Positions 1 through 11,420 of a stretch of 64,000 nt of DNA are shown in pieces. Numbering within the stretch: position 1 is the stretch's first letter; each line of letters begins with the position of its first letter. The position numbers and the translations under genes were made by a program. The notes below the pieces were generated by a model. It was not told where the DNA came from. It ran no database searches and saw only the letters and a list, made by a program, of their open reading frames with translations. The DNA is from Macrostomum lignano. Its lineage: Eukaryota. The stretch is from assembly GCA_002269645.1 (NCBI GenBank), contig NIVC01002085.1, positions 1-64,000 on the forward strand, in the 5' to 3' direction.

Positions 1-1
1 C

Positions 2-525
2 AGGGAGTTCTCAAAAGGTCGCAAGCTCACAGTGACTGACACACCGAGCGCCAGGAGCCTCAACTAGAGCTGCTCAAGCCGGCTGTATCGTCGAGCAACG
101 ATGGCGTTAGCGCATTCCTGCTAGTCCTCAGACTGGACAAGCCCTACTCAACTGACGACGAGCTTTCGTTGAGCATCTTAAAAAACTGTTTGGTTGAAAG
201 TTTCTGGACATTCCTAGTGCTGGTGTTCACCCACGGCGACTGTCTTGGCGGTGATCAGACAAAATTTCAAGACTGGCTGGAACAGCGCAAGAAGGACTCT
301 GTGCCGTTTGCTCTGCTGATGAAAAAGATGAAAAATAGAAGCGTGTTCATGGTTGACGCCACTAGTAAATCGTCTGTGACGGATGTCGCTTCAGGCATTT
401 TGTCAACCATTGACGGCATCATTGGGTATTCGCCTAGCGGCAAACGGCAGAGCTACAATCTCTATAAACATGAGGACCTGCTGGACGCGGAGTTGAAACT
501 GGAACGAGAGAAAATGCGAGACTAG
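2..525 (+). pseudogene. GIMAP/AIG1-family GTPase, 5'-truncated by the window edge, frameshifted
   Basis: Frame 2 (2-64) reads REFSKGRKLTVTDTPS, a G3 DTPG-like motif. Frame 1 (40-525) reads ...DGVSAFLLVLRLDKPYSTDDELSLSILKNCLVESFWTFLVLVFTHGD..., matching the AIG1 hydrophobic strand and G4 T-x-G-D motif. One frameshift lies at about 47-64 and may be an assembly indel. Confidence 0.8.
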
Positions 526-740
526 AAAGAAGCAGAGACAAGGCGATGTTGAAAAAAGATAGCCTGATGCGAAGCCCGCCTTCCTGACATCGCTAATTCA
601 CGCACCTATGCACTTGGAGGACTTCCGGTTTGCAAACTCCGACCTCTAGCTCATTTCTGAGAAACTTAGAAAAGTGTAAAGCGTCCTTACTTCAGCTGTT
701 CAGAGATATCTTTATTAAAGAGCGTTTTTAATTGCGCTTG

Positions 741-1202
741 GTTGATGTTGTTGTTGTTGTTGTTTTGCTTGTTCTTGGTTGTGATTGTTGTTGGTGTTGT
801 TGTTGTTTTGTTGTTGTTGTTGTTATTGTTCCTATTGTTGTTTTGTTTGTTTGGTTGTGTTCTTGTTGGTGTTGTTGTTGTTTTGTTGTTGTTGTTGTTA
901 TTGTTCTGGTTGTTGTTGTTGCTGTTTTGTCGTTGTGTTTGTTGTTGTTGGTATTGTTCTATAGTTGTGATTGTTGTTGGTGTTGTTTTTGTTCCTATTG
1001 TCGTTGAGGTTGTTGTTTGGTTGTTGTTGTTGTGCATGTTGTGGTTTTTGCTGTTTGCAGGGACTACTTAAACTAACAAACTAACTAACTAACTAAGTAG
1101 TTTAAGTAGTCCCTGGCTATTTGATTGTTATTGTTGTGCCTTGTTGTTGTTGTTGTGCTTTTTGTTGTTGTTGTGGTCGTGGTTGTTGTTGCTGTTGTTG
1201 TT
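741..1202. repeat. (GTT)n degenerate microsatellite
   Basis: Visible GTT/TTG runs. They explain the ORFs at 687-1071. Confidence 0.95.
1058..1115. mobile_element. 58-bp hAT-like mini-MITE
   Basis: Perfect 18-bp TIRs CAGGGACTACTTAAACTA around a 22-bp spacer. Flanks gctgtttg (1050-1057) and gctatttg (1116-1123) form an 8-bp TSD with one mismatch. Confidence 0.75.
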
Positions 1203-1656
1203 TTTGCTCTTTCTCTATAAAAACAAATTTTCTGGCAATTTTCTAATTAAATATAGATACTTCAACGCCAAATTTTCATGCATTTAAAGGAAAAAAGTCC
1301 CAACGCTGATAACTTTTACATTTACAGAGCAGTTCATCTTTGCTGTTTTATTTCTGAAGTTACAGTTTATCTGCATTGACATTCTGCTGTCTCAACTTCA
1401 CAATTCCAACATAGGTACTAGCTGTTATTCGCACGTTTTGAAAAAAAAAATAAACCAGAATTTGATAAGAAAAAAAAAATAAACCAGAATTTGATAAGAA
1501 TCCACCAGAAGAAGTTTCTTGTGCGACTGCCGAAAAAAAATGCATCAAAGTTCAAAGTAAAGAATTGGATAGTTGTGTTTTTTTGAAAAACCAAAAAACA
1601 ACATCCTGAGATAGCGAACTCAGCATAACAGGAAAAAGCTTATCGTACAATATTGT

Positions 1657-2483
1657 TTAGCTCGAAGCATCGTTACTCGACTTTTCATATTCGTTACAGA
1701 AACGGATGACACACGCACTTTCCGTCCTCAGATAAATGCGAAGTAGGGCGGCGGCGACCGTCTGTCGGGTCAGAGCGTCCGGCAAACAGCGGCGGCGCGT
1801 TTCGCGCATCGGGTGCGTGTCAACCTCGCGTTTGTTCAAATTCTCCGGATTGTTCTTGTTGCCGTCCACCGTTTTCGCCGTGTACTCGGCGCCCAGCAGC
1901 AGCATGTCCAGCAGGCCGATCATATTCAGCCGGCGTTGCAGCGGGAAGTTCTACTGGGCAGCGCGACGCCGGTGCTCCGTTTCGTGATCTTCCAACGGCG
2001 GTACAATCTTCTTAGAGTCTTCTTGTCAACCAGAGGCGCTCCCGGCGTGTAGAGGTCTTCCACCTCGCCGTACTTGTAGTGCATGATGCCATTGCGATGG
2101 AAGTTGAACACTAGGTCTTTGTTGTCGGGCACAAAACTCGTTGCATTGGATTGCGATTTGGCTGTGTCTTTGTACTCCTCAAGAACCGTATTGCCGGGTA
2201 GGAGGCCTCTAGCAGGACGCTTAGCCTGCACATGCTTAGCGTTGCTAGTGCGATCACCTGGAGCAGTTGGAATTTCACCCAGGTACCGATGGCGCGCCTT
2301 GCGAAACACGGCCGCGAGTGTTGATGACAATCTGGCACTGGCACTTGCCTCGACCATGTTGACGTTGGCCTGGTTGAGCCGCGGAGTGAGCATCTCTGGC
2401 TAGGCGAGCACCAGGTACTTGCGCAGCGATTTTGCCGGCGCCAATGGAATTAAAGAGACTGTGAAACCGCGGTAGCGAGACAT
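1657..2483 (-). pseudogene. Intronless ORF of unknown family (about 275 aa reconstructed) with a possible HEPN RNxxxH motif
   Basis: ATG at 2483 gives MSRYRGFTVSLIPLAPAKSLRKYLVLA*PE, in frame with ORF 1926-2393 after one TAG (2400-2402). A frameshift at about 1930-1950 joins NFPLQRRLN-MIGLLDML... (ORF 1657-1923). The stretch is GC-rich and coding-like. Confidence 0.55.
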
Positions 2484-3244
2484 GTCTGCTGCTGTTGAAC
2501 AGTTGGCTACAGAAATTGCTGATGAAGTCAGCCGGGCAGATCTTATACGAGTTTAGAGATGATTTTGCAGCAATTTACTTGTTGAATAGGTTCATTCTAT
2601 CTGGATGAGTTTGAACCATAGACTATGGTCTATATATTTAATGTGTCTTAATGCTTTCGCCGACTTCAACACAACGTATAATACAAGTAATGCGGCCATT
2701 TCCACTTGGAAAAAACAGAGTCATGGGTCTCTAAGCTTTGACCTAAGTTTACTAACGGGGACTCATCTTTTCACAATATTTCACCAAGTGGAGCCTTGAA
2801 ATCACGACGCAGTGCTAGCTCGTGCATTACATTGCCTATCTTGCAGTGACTCGGAACGCACGTTCGTCTTGCACACTTTAAAAAGAGGCACTAAAGCGGA
2901 AAACAACGACAATAACTACAACAACAAAATACATTCTCAGCCAGTGTCAATGTCACAGACAATGTCTTAAAGCACATTTCAAGGCCGGGGCGCAAACGCC
3001 GGCATCAGCCAGCAGGCAGTCGACGAAACGTCAGCAGCGTCAGCAGCAGCACCTCCAGACCCGGCTGTGGGCAGTATAGGACTCGGCTCGGATGAAATGG
3101 CCTGCAGCTGAGTCACCGATGGCGCAACCATTCGCTGGGACGGGAGAGGGGATATGTAGAGTGTTCTACCTCCCGTAAGAGAAGACATAAAAAGTGTTAA
3201 TGTACTACTCACACATTTTATTCAGTAGTATACTAAGTAGCATG

Positions 3245-4200
3245 TATAAAGATATGCACTGAACCATACATATATTTTAATCAACCAATCAAAAGAGAGA
3301 AAAGTCGGTCATGCTTTTTGGCAACCGACCAATCATGCGTAACATACAATTGTCAGTTCAAACCCACCTGCGATTCATCATTTGGCTTGCACCCGGTTTG
3401 CACCCGGATGAACCAATCGAAGGCTACCAGCTACGGTAACCAATCATGCGCTTTTAAAGTAGACTAGTTGCGCAACTTTCTACCCTGTCATGCTTGACAG
3501 CCACCGAATCGTGACCCTTTGACATTTACGAAAAAGTGATGGACGACCTCGAGAGAAGTTCATTTGCCTATAAATACAAGTGGTCCGAAGTGGACCCGGA
3601 GCCAAGAAACCGGTCTCCGGAAGGAGAAGGAGCTCCGAAGAGGAAGCTTTAGCCAAGACTTCCTAGATCAACTCTAGACTCGGTCGAGTGACTTGCGGTA
3701 AGCCTTCCTTATTTGCGCCCGTTGTTGTTGAGTCGACTCACTTGTGATATAGTGTTAGAGTCTGTTGAGACTCTTGAGTCCATTTGAGACTCCATAGGTT
3801 GTAGTCGCCCGAAGGACTACCCTAGTAGATCTTAGAAGATCTGCTAGAGAATACCGGAGCTAGACCTAGAGTACATAGAGGCACTGCTAGAAGAAGGAGG
3901 CAATTATATTGAACCGCAGTTGGCGCAGGGTACCAATTGTAATTGGAAGCTTCCCATTGGTCCGAACGACAGATACCGGCCGGTGAGAAACAAAGAAGAA
4001 ATCCGACCAGAGCAACAGAGTCTTCCGGAAGATAAACGAGACCTACGGATCCACTGAGAGACCTATTGCGAGAACTACTCTAGGAAAAGAACAGCCCACC
4101 CGGATTCAAGGTAATTGAGTACCTGCAGTTGACTTACTGGGTTGCCTAGCTACTGAGCTAGAAGTGATTGTTCCTTGATTACAGAGAAAGTCTGGTAATA
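3245..4200 (+). mobile_element. Possible LTR/YR retrotransposon 5' region (promoter plus degenerate leader)
   Basis: Four CCAATC boxes between about 3284 and 3425, TATAAATA at 3569-3576, then a CTA/TAG-rich leader with no intact ORF. No second LTR was found. Confidence 0.3.
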
Positions 4201-4209
4201 AGGAACACA

Positions 4210-4558
4210 TCAGATAGAGTGCCGCATTGGTGACCGGCTCGTAGCCGATCTTGAAGTCGGCGCGCAGCAGGCCAGCGTGCGCCGCATCGACCTGCTGTTT
4301 CAGAGCGAATCCGTCAGCGTCCAGGTCTCGGCGTTGTACAACGTACAGGACGGTCTCGATCACCGCCTGGAACAACGCCGCCTTCTGGCGGGCAGGCAGG
4401 GCCTCGGACTGCAGGACAGCCCTCACGGAACGAAAGGCAGCCCAGGGGTAAGTCCACGGCGATGCGTCACAGATCCTGGCGAACGTCAGGCACCAGGACC
4501 GCCGAAGTAGACAAACTGCTGATAGCGCGGAAGCCGATCGTCACCTGTCCGTCAGCGG
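4210..4558 (-). mobile_element. RTE-clade non-LTR retrotransposon fragment (end of RT and thumb region)
   Basis: Across frameshifts: QQFVYFGG..., AAFRSVRAVLQSEALPARQKAALFQAVIETVL, LYNAETWTLTDSL and QQVDAAHAGLLRADFKIGYEPVTNAALY. These match the RTE pattern 'SVLLYGAETW...LDAFH..LLR...VTNEELY'. Confidence 0.85.
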
Positions 4559-5231
4559 AAAAACAAAATTATAAAATTATACTCGCGCAACTTCCTACAG
4601 AACATCTGCAGTAGAAACATTTCTCGTTGATATTTTAGTACAGAGGGTAAATTTAAAAAATAGTTAAAGCACAGACGACAGAGAATCTATCAGGCTTTGC
4701 GTTTAAAATATTTACTTTAAACTTCGGGCCCTGCGATTTCAGAATTTTGAATTGCCGCCTGCGTTTGAGTTCGCGCGTTTCAAACCGGAAATCTCGCCGA
4801 GTAAAACTCGTTGATTCTACTGGGTCCTCAATTCCGGCGGGTAGATGAAGTCGTAGTCGAGCGGTCTTAAATTTGGCGCGGTTGTTGACACCGAATTCAT
4901 TGTACTTCGATATTCTCTAATTGATACTACATGTATAAGTAGGGTAGTGCAAGTGCTGCCACCAGCGTATAGCATATTACGGACCGTTTGTTTTCAGAGC
5001 TTGCTTAAAGTTGAGAATTGTTAGATTTACGCCCCGAAAGCAACGTATTCGAAGATTAGGCTAAGGCTTGTTAATCAATGAATAAAGGTTTAATAGGTTG
5101 AATATTGTATTATTGGAGTTAATTAACTATAAGTTCAGAGAAACCCAATACCTTACGCGAGGGCGATCCGGCAGAGCCACCGTGCGAAAAGGAGCTGATT
5201 AAAAGGAGAGTTTTTATTATAGCTGCGCTTG

Positions 5232-5979
5232 TCAGTCGAAGGGAGACCAGCATTCGCACAGGACGGCTCGCGGGGTAGCGGAGTAGTCTCTGAAGTCGGA
5301 CAGCTTGTCGTGACCGTTCCACCTTCCGATAGTATTCTCCGGATCCTGGGGCTCTCCGCTGCCCCACAGGCTGGCGTCAACGGAGATGTTGCAGCCGACC
5401 CAGTACCAGCCGCCTGCTGGCTCCGGGCTGCCAGCCGGCTGGAGGCAGCCCAGCCAGAACGAGGTGCCGCCCGCCCGGCTGTCGTAGATCGAGTCCACGT
5501 GGCTCATCTCGGAGGCGTCCACCACGTCGGCCATGATCACCAGACCGCTCTCCGACTCGCACAGGCGTCTGCTCGGCCACCAGAGATCGGCGTTAAAGTG
5601 CAGCTTGTACTTCACTCCGCACAGGTCGTCTCCGTAGCCAGACGGACACAGCGCGCCCGCCTCGAGTCCCGGCTGCTGCTTCACAAACACGCGGCCTCTC
5701 CTGGAGCAGCCGCAGTCCCTCACCGACTTGCTGCACTTGTCGAACACGAACAGCTGACACGGACCGTCAGCCAGGCTGAACGCCTGACAGCGCCGGTTGC
5801 GGCTGCACAGAGCGGCACAGAAATACTTTGTCCCTGAGCCACCTGGAGTCTCAATGAAGTCGCTCCTGATTCACAGCTAGTAGCCGGTGATCAGGTTGTA
5901 GGCGTCTTGCATCGCAGCTGGAGCTTGCAGAGCCAGCAAGGATGATTGCCAGCTTGACTTGAACTCCGGAGTTCAGCAT
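5232..5979 (-). pseudogene. Secreted PAN/apple-like + C-type lectin domain protein, intronless and disabled at the 5' end
   Basis: The frame is open from 5870 to 5232. It contains CAALCSRNRRCQAFSLADGPCQL (PAN-like), then a CTLD with SRRLC, FWLG, GGWYW, WGSGEPQD, WNG and AVLCEC. Upstream, ATG 5979 and a hydrophobic leader are separated from it by a 1-nt shift and stops at 5871-5879. AATAAA follows at about 5213-5218 on the minus strand. Confidence 0.8.
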
Positions 5980-6363
5980 CTTGAAGTTCTTAGATTCTGT
6001 ATAGTTTGTAGAGTGATTATAGTACTTATAAGTACTTTGTAGTCGTTCGGGGGCAAGGCAAAGGGTGATATTCCCCTAACTGGCCATGCAGTGTTACATT
6101 AAAATATCGCTTGAGGATGGCCCATTGCTACGCATGGCTAACAGTAAAGACATTCAGCTTGCAACGCCCCATACAGTACAAACCCTTCCCTAACCACGAG
6201 GGTATAGCTGCTCTAATCCTGCTCATCATTAAAATTATGAATTCTGTCTTTCATCTCCATAAGTTGACCACACAGTACTGCTCCACACGTCCACTGCATG
6301 CGTTAGCGCGATGCTCTTTGAGTTATGAATCATACATATGCAATAGCCATTAATTTTGTGTCG

Positions 6364-6466
6364 TCGTCGGCTGGCAAACGTCGGCTGGCAAACGTCGGCT
6401 GGCAAACGTCGGCTGGCAAACGTCGGCAGGCAAACGTACCGCTGGCAAACGTTCGGCAGGCAAAAT
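6364..6466. repeat. 14-bp tandem repeat (CGTCGGCTGGCAAA), about 7 copies
   Basis: Seen directly; the copies degenerate towards the 3' end. Confidence 0.9.
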
Positions 6467-9400
6467 TAGTCGTTATAAACGTTCGCTAGAAGAATTGGAT
6501 TGGCGTGTGAATATATGTCTATGGTGAAACCCCGGCCATTCAGCAGCGCTATATATACGAGCGTATATGCGTTCGGGATTATCTAGAGCATACTAAACGG
6601 CGCACTGGCAATATAAAAACATGTACGAGTACACGTTCCTTACCGGCCTCTCCAAACTTGTCTAAGCGAATAAGGAGTTCAATACAATTAGCATCTGAAG
6701 TGGAAAGAGAAAATTTTTTACCTCGATCGTATTTATATGAGAGCTACTGAATTTCTAAAGTGTATATGATCCTCTCCCCTCTGATAATTTTAGCGCATTT
6801 TGTCCATCTCAGGTACATGTAAGTGGCTTACATGTACTAAAGCAATCCAACGTCAGCGACAATATACATGTAATGTGCTTTTACATTACCAGTTACGTGT
6901 ATACATCGACGAATAAGAAAATCATGACTAGTGATCCATAATATTACGAAGCAAACCATAATTATTCTGTGTGCGTGCATGGCCTCGAGGTAGCTCGTAA
7001 TTGTGATCGAAAAACGCCGGTTCCACTCCAGATGCATAAAACTCATAATTGGTCTAGGAGGCTCGAGTGTACATGTAGTGGGCTATATTTTAAGTTCGAA
7101 AGGCAGTCACTGTTTACAAGTAGTTCGTTGCAAAGACTGCGCGCCATTTGTTTAATTAAGCACTGCATATGTACTACACACGTATACATGTGATGCATCA
7201 TCGCGTATGGATAATCATCAGAACCAGAGACAATAGTACAGTATCATTTAAGGGTCAAAGGAAGAGTTGGCAACGAAGGCTGCTAATTTACAGCAGCACA
7301 CCTACAAAAATAATTGGACGTTTAAATTGTGTTTATAGCTGAACAAATCGATAAATTCGAAGCTCAAGAAAGTGTTCATTAAAACAACTGCTACCACAAG
7401 CACGTTATGGAAACTCCTTAAATTAAAGAAGCGGTATCGCACAAATTAAATTAAGTTCTGTTGAATTGAATACAGTTTTACTTATTTGCAAACAAAAACT
7501 ACGGGCAGCAATTTAAATTAAAGAAATTAAATATTTAAACTCAATTAAAGCGAGCAGTATCATGTATTGGTTTCCCGACAGACATTCAGACAGACATTCA
7601 GAAATCGTTCATTAAATGTTTAACAAAATTGTCTATTTATTACGCAAGATGCTGTGAATTTATAGAAACTTTTACGCATGTCTCTGCTTTAAAAAGACAC
7701 CTCAGACACACACAAAGACGCTTCACAAGCTGAGATATTCCCTAGCAACGGTTGCCTGAAGGCATGCTCATATCTAACTTGCATTTGGACACCGGCATGG
7801 AATGTACGTTATACTTGTATTTGCCTTCTACCGATCTGAAGCACTTTACTTTAGGCAGATCTATCAGCAATATTAACACTGTACAGGAGGCAGTTTTTCT
7901 TTATGTACATTCGTTGTCATTTTGCCATGTACATTACGCAAGAGGCCTAACACAGAATATGCCTGCACCCTGTTTTGGTATATAATCTTTCTCACTAACA
8001 AGCTCATTTTGACAATATGGATGAATTGTCTCTGCTGACTACAATATCTCTATCTTATATTGGCAAGAGTACAATAAGCACTAGCATATTTTGGTACTTA
8101 ATTCATCTGACAGTTTTTTTTCGGCATGAGGTTGTCAATATGCATTTTGGCTTTGTTCCTGGTCATCATCTCAATGAGTTTCCCTACCAAGGAAGAAGTA
8201 AGCATATAAGCATATTTTTTGGCTTTGTGAGAGACTGACGTCTACGAATGGCTATATAGGCAAGGACCACTGTAGTGCGAGAAGAAGGACTCGGCACTCA
8301 CGAACTACGGAAAAATTTTTGAAGGCTGATTTTCCGCAGGCTTCGTGTCTGACTACCAGTGCGCCATTTTTGTGCAACCACATAAATTTGTGCTTTATTC
8401 ATGCTTATTGCTCTGCTCATTTTTGATGCATGTTGTGCACGTAATTACATGCATACATGTAATTTTTTCCATTAAATTTTTTTCAATAAATGGCTACAAG
8501 CACTAGACTTTCAAGATTTTCAAGTACGAGACACCTCGTGCAATATGCCATAATTGCCATAAATTAATTGCCATAATTGCTTACTGAGAACCTCTCATCA
8601 CAATGTATCACAGAAGAAATCAGCCGGCAGAAGTGAGCTGCAGAGATGCAAACTGATACAATATACAAAAAGCATTAGCCGTATCACTGCACTATCAGAG
8701 GACAGTAAAAAAATCTACGAATTTCTGGACAGTAAGGGCTGCGTGCAAGATGCAGGGGTGCAAGAGAGAACTTACTTTTGTAATGAAGGTAGAACCCCAA
8801 TCGCAAGAACGCTGGAGTGGCACGTCATCGGACGAGGTGCTAGGGAATTTGCTAGGGAATATCTCAGCTTGTGAAGCGTCTTTGTGTGTGTCTGAGGTGT
8901 CTTTTTAAAGCAGAGACATGCGTAAAACAGCTGTGCAAATTTCATGCAGAAAGACCAAAGTGGGACGATGTAGCGGCTTCTCAAAAAACTACTATATACA
9001 GTATTCGGTATATTGGGAAACGTCGTAACAACAGTTGCTAGGGAATATCTCAGCTTGTGAAGCGTCTTTGTGTGTGTCTGAGGTGTCTTTTTAAAGCAGA
9101 GACATGCGTAAAAGTTTCTATAAATTCACAGCATCTTGCGTAATAAATAGACAATTTTGTTAAACATTTAATGAACAATTTCTGAATGTCTGTCTGAATG
9201 TCTGTCGGGAAACCAATACATAGATGACCGGATTTTCAGTTCCACGTTCAGTTCCACGAAAATAAATAAACAAAAAATCAAATGCATACTACAGCGAGGA
9301 AAATCTTTTTAAAATTAAACTAAAAGCATTTTTGCAATATAACATCTGAGTAGACTTTACACCAAAAATATCTTTTCAATTGAACATCTGTGAGCTTCGT

Positions 9401-10304
9401 GGCACACCTCGAATGCTGAAATGGAGAGATTTCTTCCTGCTTTTTTTATCTGTTGTGGAGACGCATCGTTCGCCACAGCGGCAAAAAACACCTAAGCTTG
9501 TTTGGCAACGCTGGCGACCTCAGCCTCTTTTTCTCGTCTGTTGAAAGCACAGAAAGAGGTGGGTTCAAGCGTTGTCAGCATATTGAAGACCGAGATGCTG
9601 ACTCTGTGTCTGCTGACGTATCAGCGGACCTGACATGCCACGACGCAGACGCACGCTGCGGCCAGCAGTGGTTCATCACATCAGCGGTCTGGTGCTCCAT
9701 GTGGAGAGGAAAACCTTTCATATGAGGAGCCAGGCCCGAACCCATTGATCAATCCAAACTAGATGTACATGTATAGCTGTTCTACGTTTTCTCTATACAC
9801 TACATGTACTTTTTGCAATCTGAACCGTATGTCATCACAGCCTTAAAAGGATCCCCTGATAAAAATCCGTCTGTATGATCCCGGAGTTCCCGATTTGTGC
9901 CCAAGCAGATTCCTATTATAGCTATTCGGCTGCATGCTGCTCGCCGCTAGCTCCAACCCTTGATACCCATCCCAGGCGGGGCTCCGGCCTCGCCAGGTCT
10001 GGTCATACCGTAGATCCAGGTTCGCCAGGTCACAGAGTGGTGGCAGCCAGTGGGTCATGCAATAACCCGATGATCAATATTTGCACCTTAGCTATCGATG
10101 GGGCACATTTGGGTCCTTACCGCGTCTCTAATATAGCACTACCAAAAATTGTTATCAATATGCATGGGCGGGACAATCTGAAGGGCGATCTGTCGGTCAT
10201 AGTCTGGTCATAGACGGCTGGCAGCCATCCATAGTCATACGATCTGATCCTTCCCCCATGAGAAGACGGTTCACTAGTAGGGCGATTACATACATGTAAA
10301 TCAT

Positions 10305-10815
10305 CATCAGTTCGACACTTCATCAGGAGTTCTGCATGGCGACACTTTGGCGCCGTTTCTCTTCGTGCTGCTGCCACTGGGTGCTTCGGACCGCAGTATC
10401 CTCGACTAACGACGGCTTCCTGCGCTGCGCAGACGCATCGGTCGCCGCCACGGTGAAAAGCGCCTTATTATTATTTGCTTGGCTACGCCGACGAACTCGC
10501 TCTCCTGTCCTCGTCCGTTCAAGGTGGCATCCCGCCAGATCGACAGGTTGGTCAAGGTGGCATTGAGCGTCGGACTGGTTGTCAACACGCCAACCTGTTC
10601 AGGACGTCCTGTTGCTCACTCTGCAGGGCCCGCTCAGGCGGGGTCAGGCCCAAACCCGTTGATACGTGGACTGCCTCCTACGTACGCGACGCCAGGGCGC
10701 CCCGACACTGCCAACGGGGCGGACTTCGTCCGCTCTCAGGCTCTGCGGCGCGCCATCTGAAGCACCCTGCTCTGTGACTTTGATTGCTAGCTGCAGAATT
10801 TGTTGTTGTTGTTGC
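10305..10815 (+). mobile_element. RTE-clade non-LTR retrotransposon fragment (RT core fused to the 3' end)
   Basis: FDTSSGVLHGDTLAPFLFVLL, LGYADELALLSSSVQG and QIDRLVKVALSVGLVVNT correspond to RT domains 4-7, with frameshifts. These are followed by C-terminal ...GADFVRSQALRRAI* and a (GTT)n tail at about 10800. Confidence 0.85.
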
Positions 10816-11233
10816 TGTTATGAGCTAACTTTTACAGTGTAATATTTTTTATTCATTTAAGTAAAACAATTAGTTAAAACAAATTATACTTCATTTAGTC
10901 CCAGGTAATTTTTTTTCTAGTCTTAAGAGTAACTAAAAACTAAAACAAAGTTCATCTACGCGTAAATATTTCATACCATCATTATAGAGTGACAGTTTTG
11001 CTCAGCAAAAGACATTTGAGCATGACTTTTATGCTTATATTTTATTCTTATGAGATTAAATTTTCAAAGAAAGTGCAGATAAATTAAATATCTTTTTTAA
11101 TTATATTATTATATATACATGTAATTAAAATTAAAATTAAAATTATAATATGTAAAATATTATAATTTTATATTGAAATATAATATAATTATAAATTTAT
11201 ATTGAAGAGAGGGTGTGTAAGGAAACTTTCGTT

Positions 11234-11420
11234 CAGTAGTGCAACCAGAAATTTTATGAGGGGGCGGATTCTGGAGGGTAAAGTCCCGGGAGAGGGGTCG
11301 GAGGGGTGGCTCTGTTTTGGCGAAAATTCGCTTGGTCCCCCCTCTGATTCTTTGATTTTTTGGGTCTCCGCGCCTATAAGAGGGGGCGACCGCCCCCGCC
11401 CCCACCTGGTTGCGCCACTG
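11234..11420. mobile_element. hAT-like MITE
   Basis: TIRs CAGTAGTGCAACCAG / CTGGTTGCGCCACTG match at 13/15, with G- and C-rich subterminal tracts. No clean TSD. Confidence 0.7.

Noticed and set aside
687-1071. Poly-N/T/Q and poly-V/L ORFs
   Set aside because: They are translations of the (GTT)n microsatellite.
1441-1498. 29-bp direct duplication beginning with poly(A)
   Set aside because: A simple tandem duplication with no enclosed element.
2519-2560. CTGATGA as a hammerhead core
   Set aside because: No stem II-GAAA follows.
2605-2799. Faint RT-like wording (NAFADF) in a short ORF
   Set aside because: No recognisable RT motifs before or after it; too weak to call.
9420-9700. Academ/XPG-like remnant (GMSG.DTS) on the minus strand
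   Set aside because: It needs a frameshift through a very short motif. The plus-strand hAT dimerisation-like reading is at least as good.
10290-10335. Minus-strand CTGATGAAGTGTCGAAC as a minimal hammerhead
   Set aside because: No stem II or GAAA. The region is the antisense strand of an RTE RT segment.
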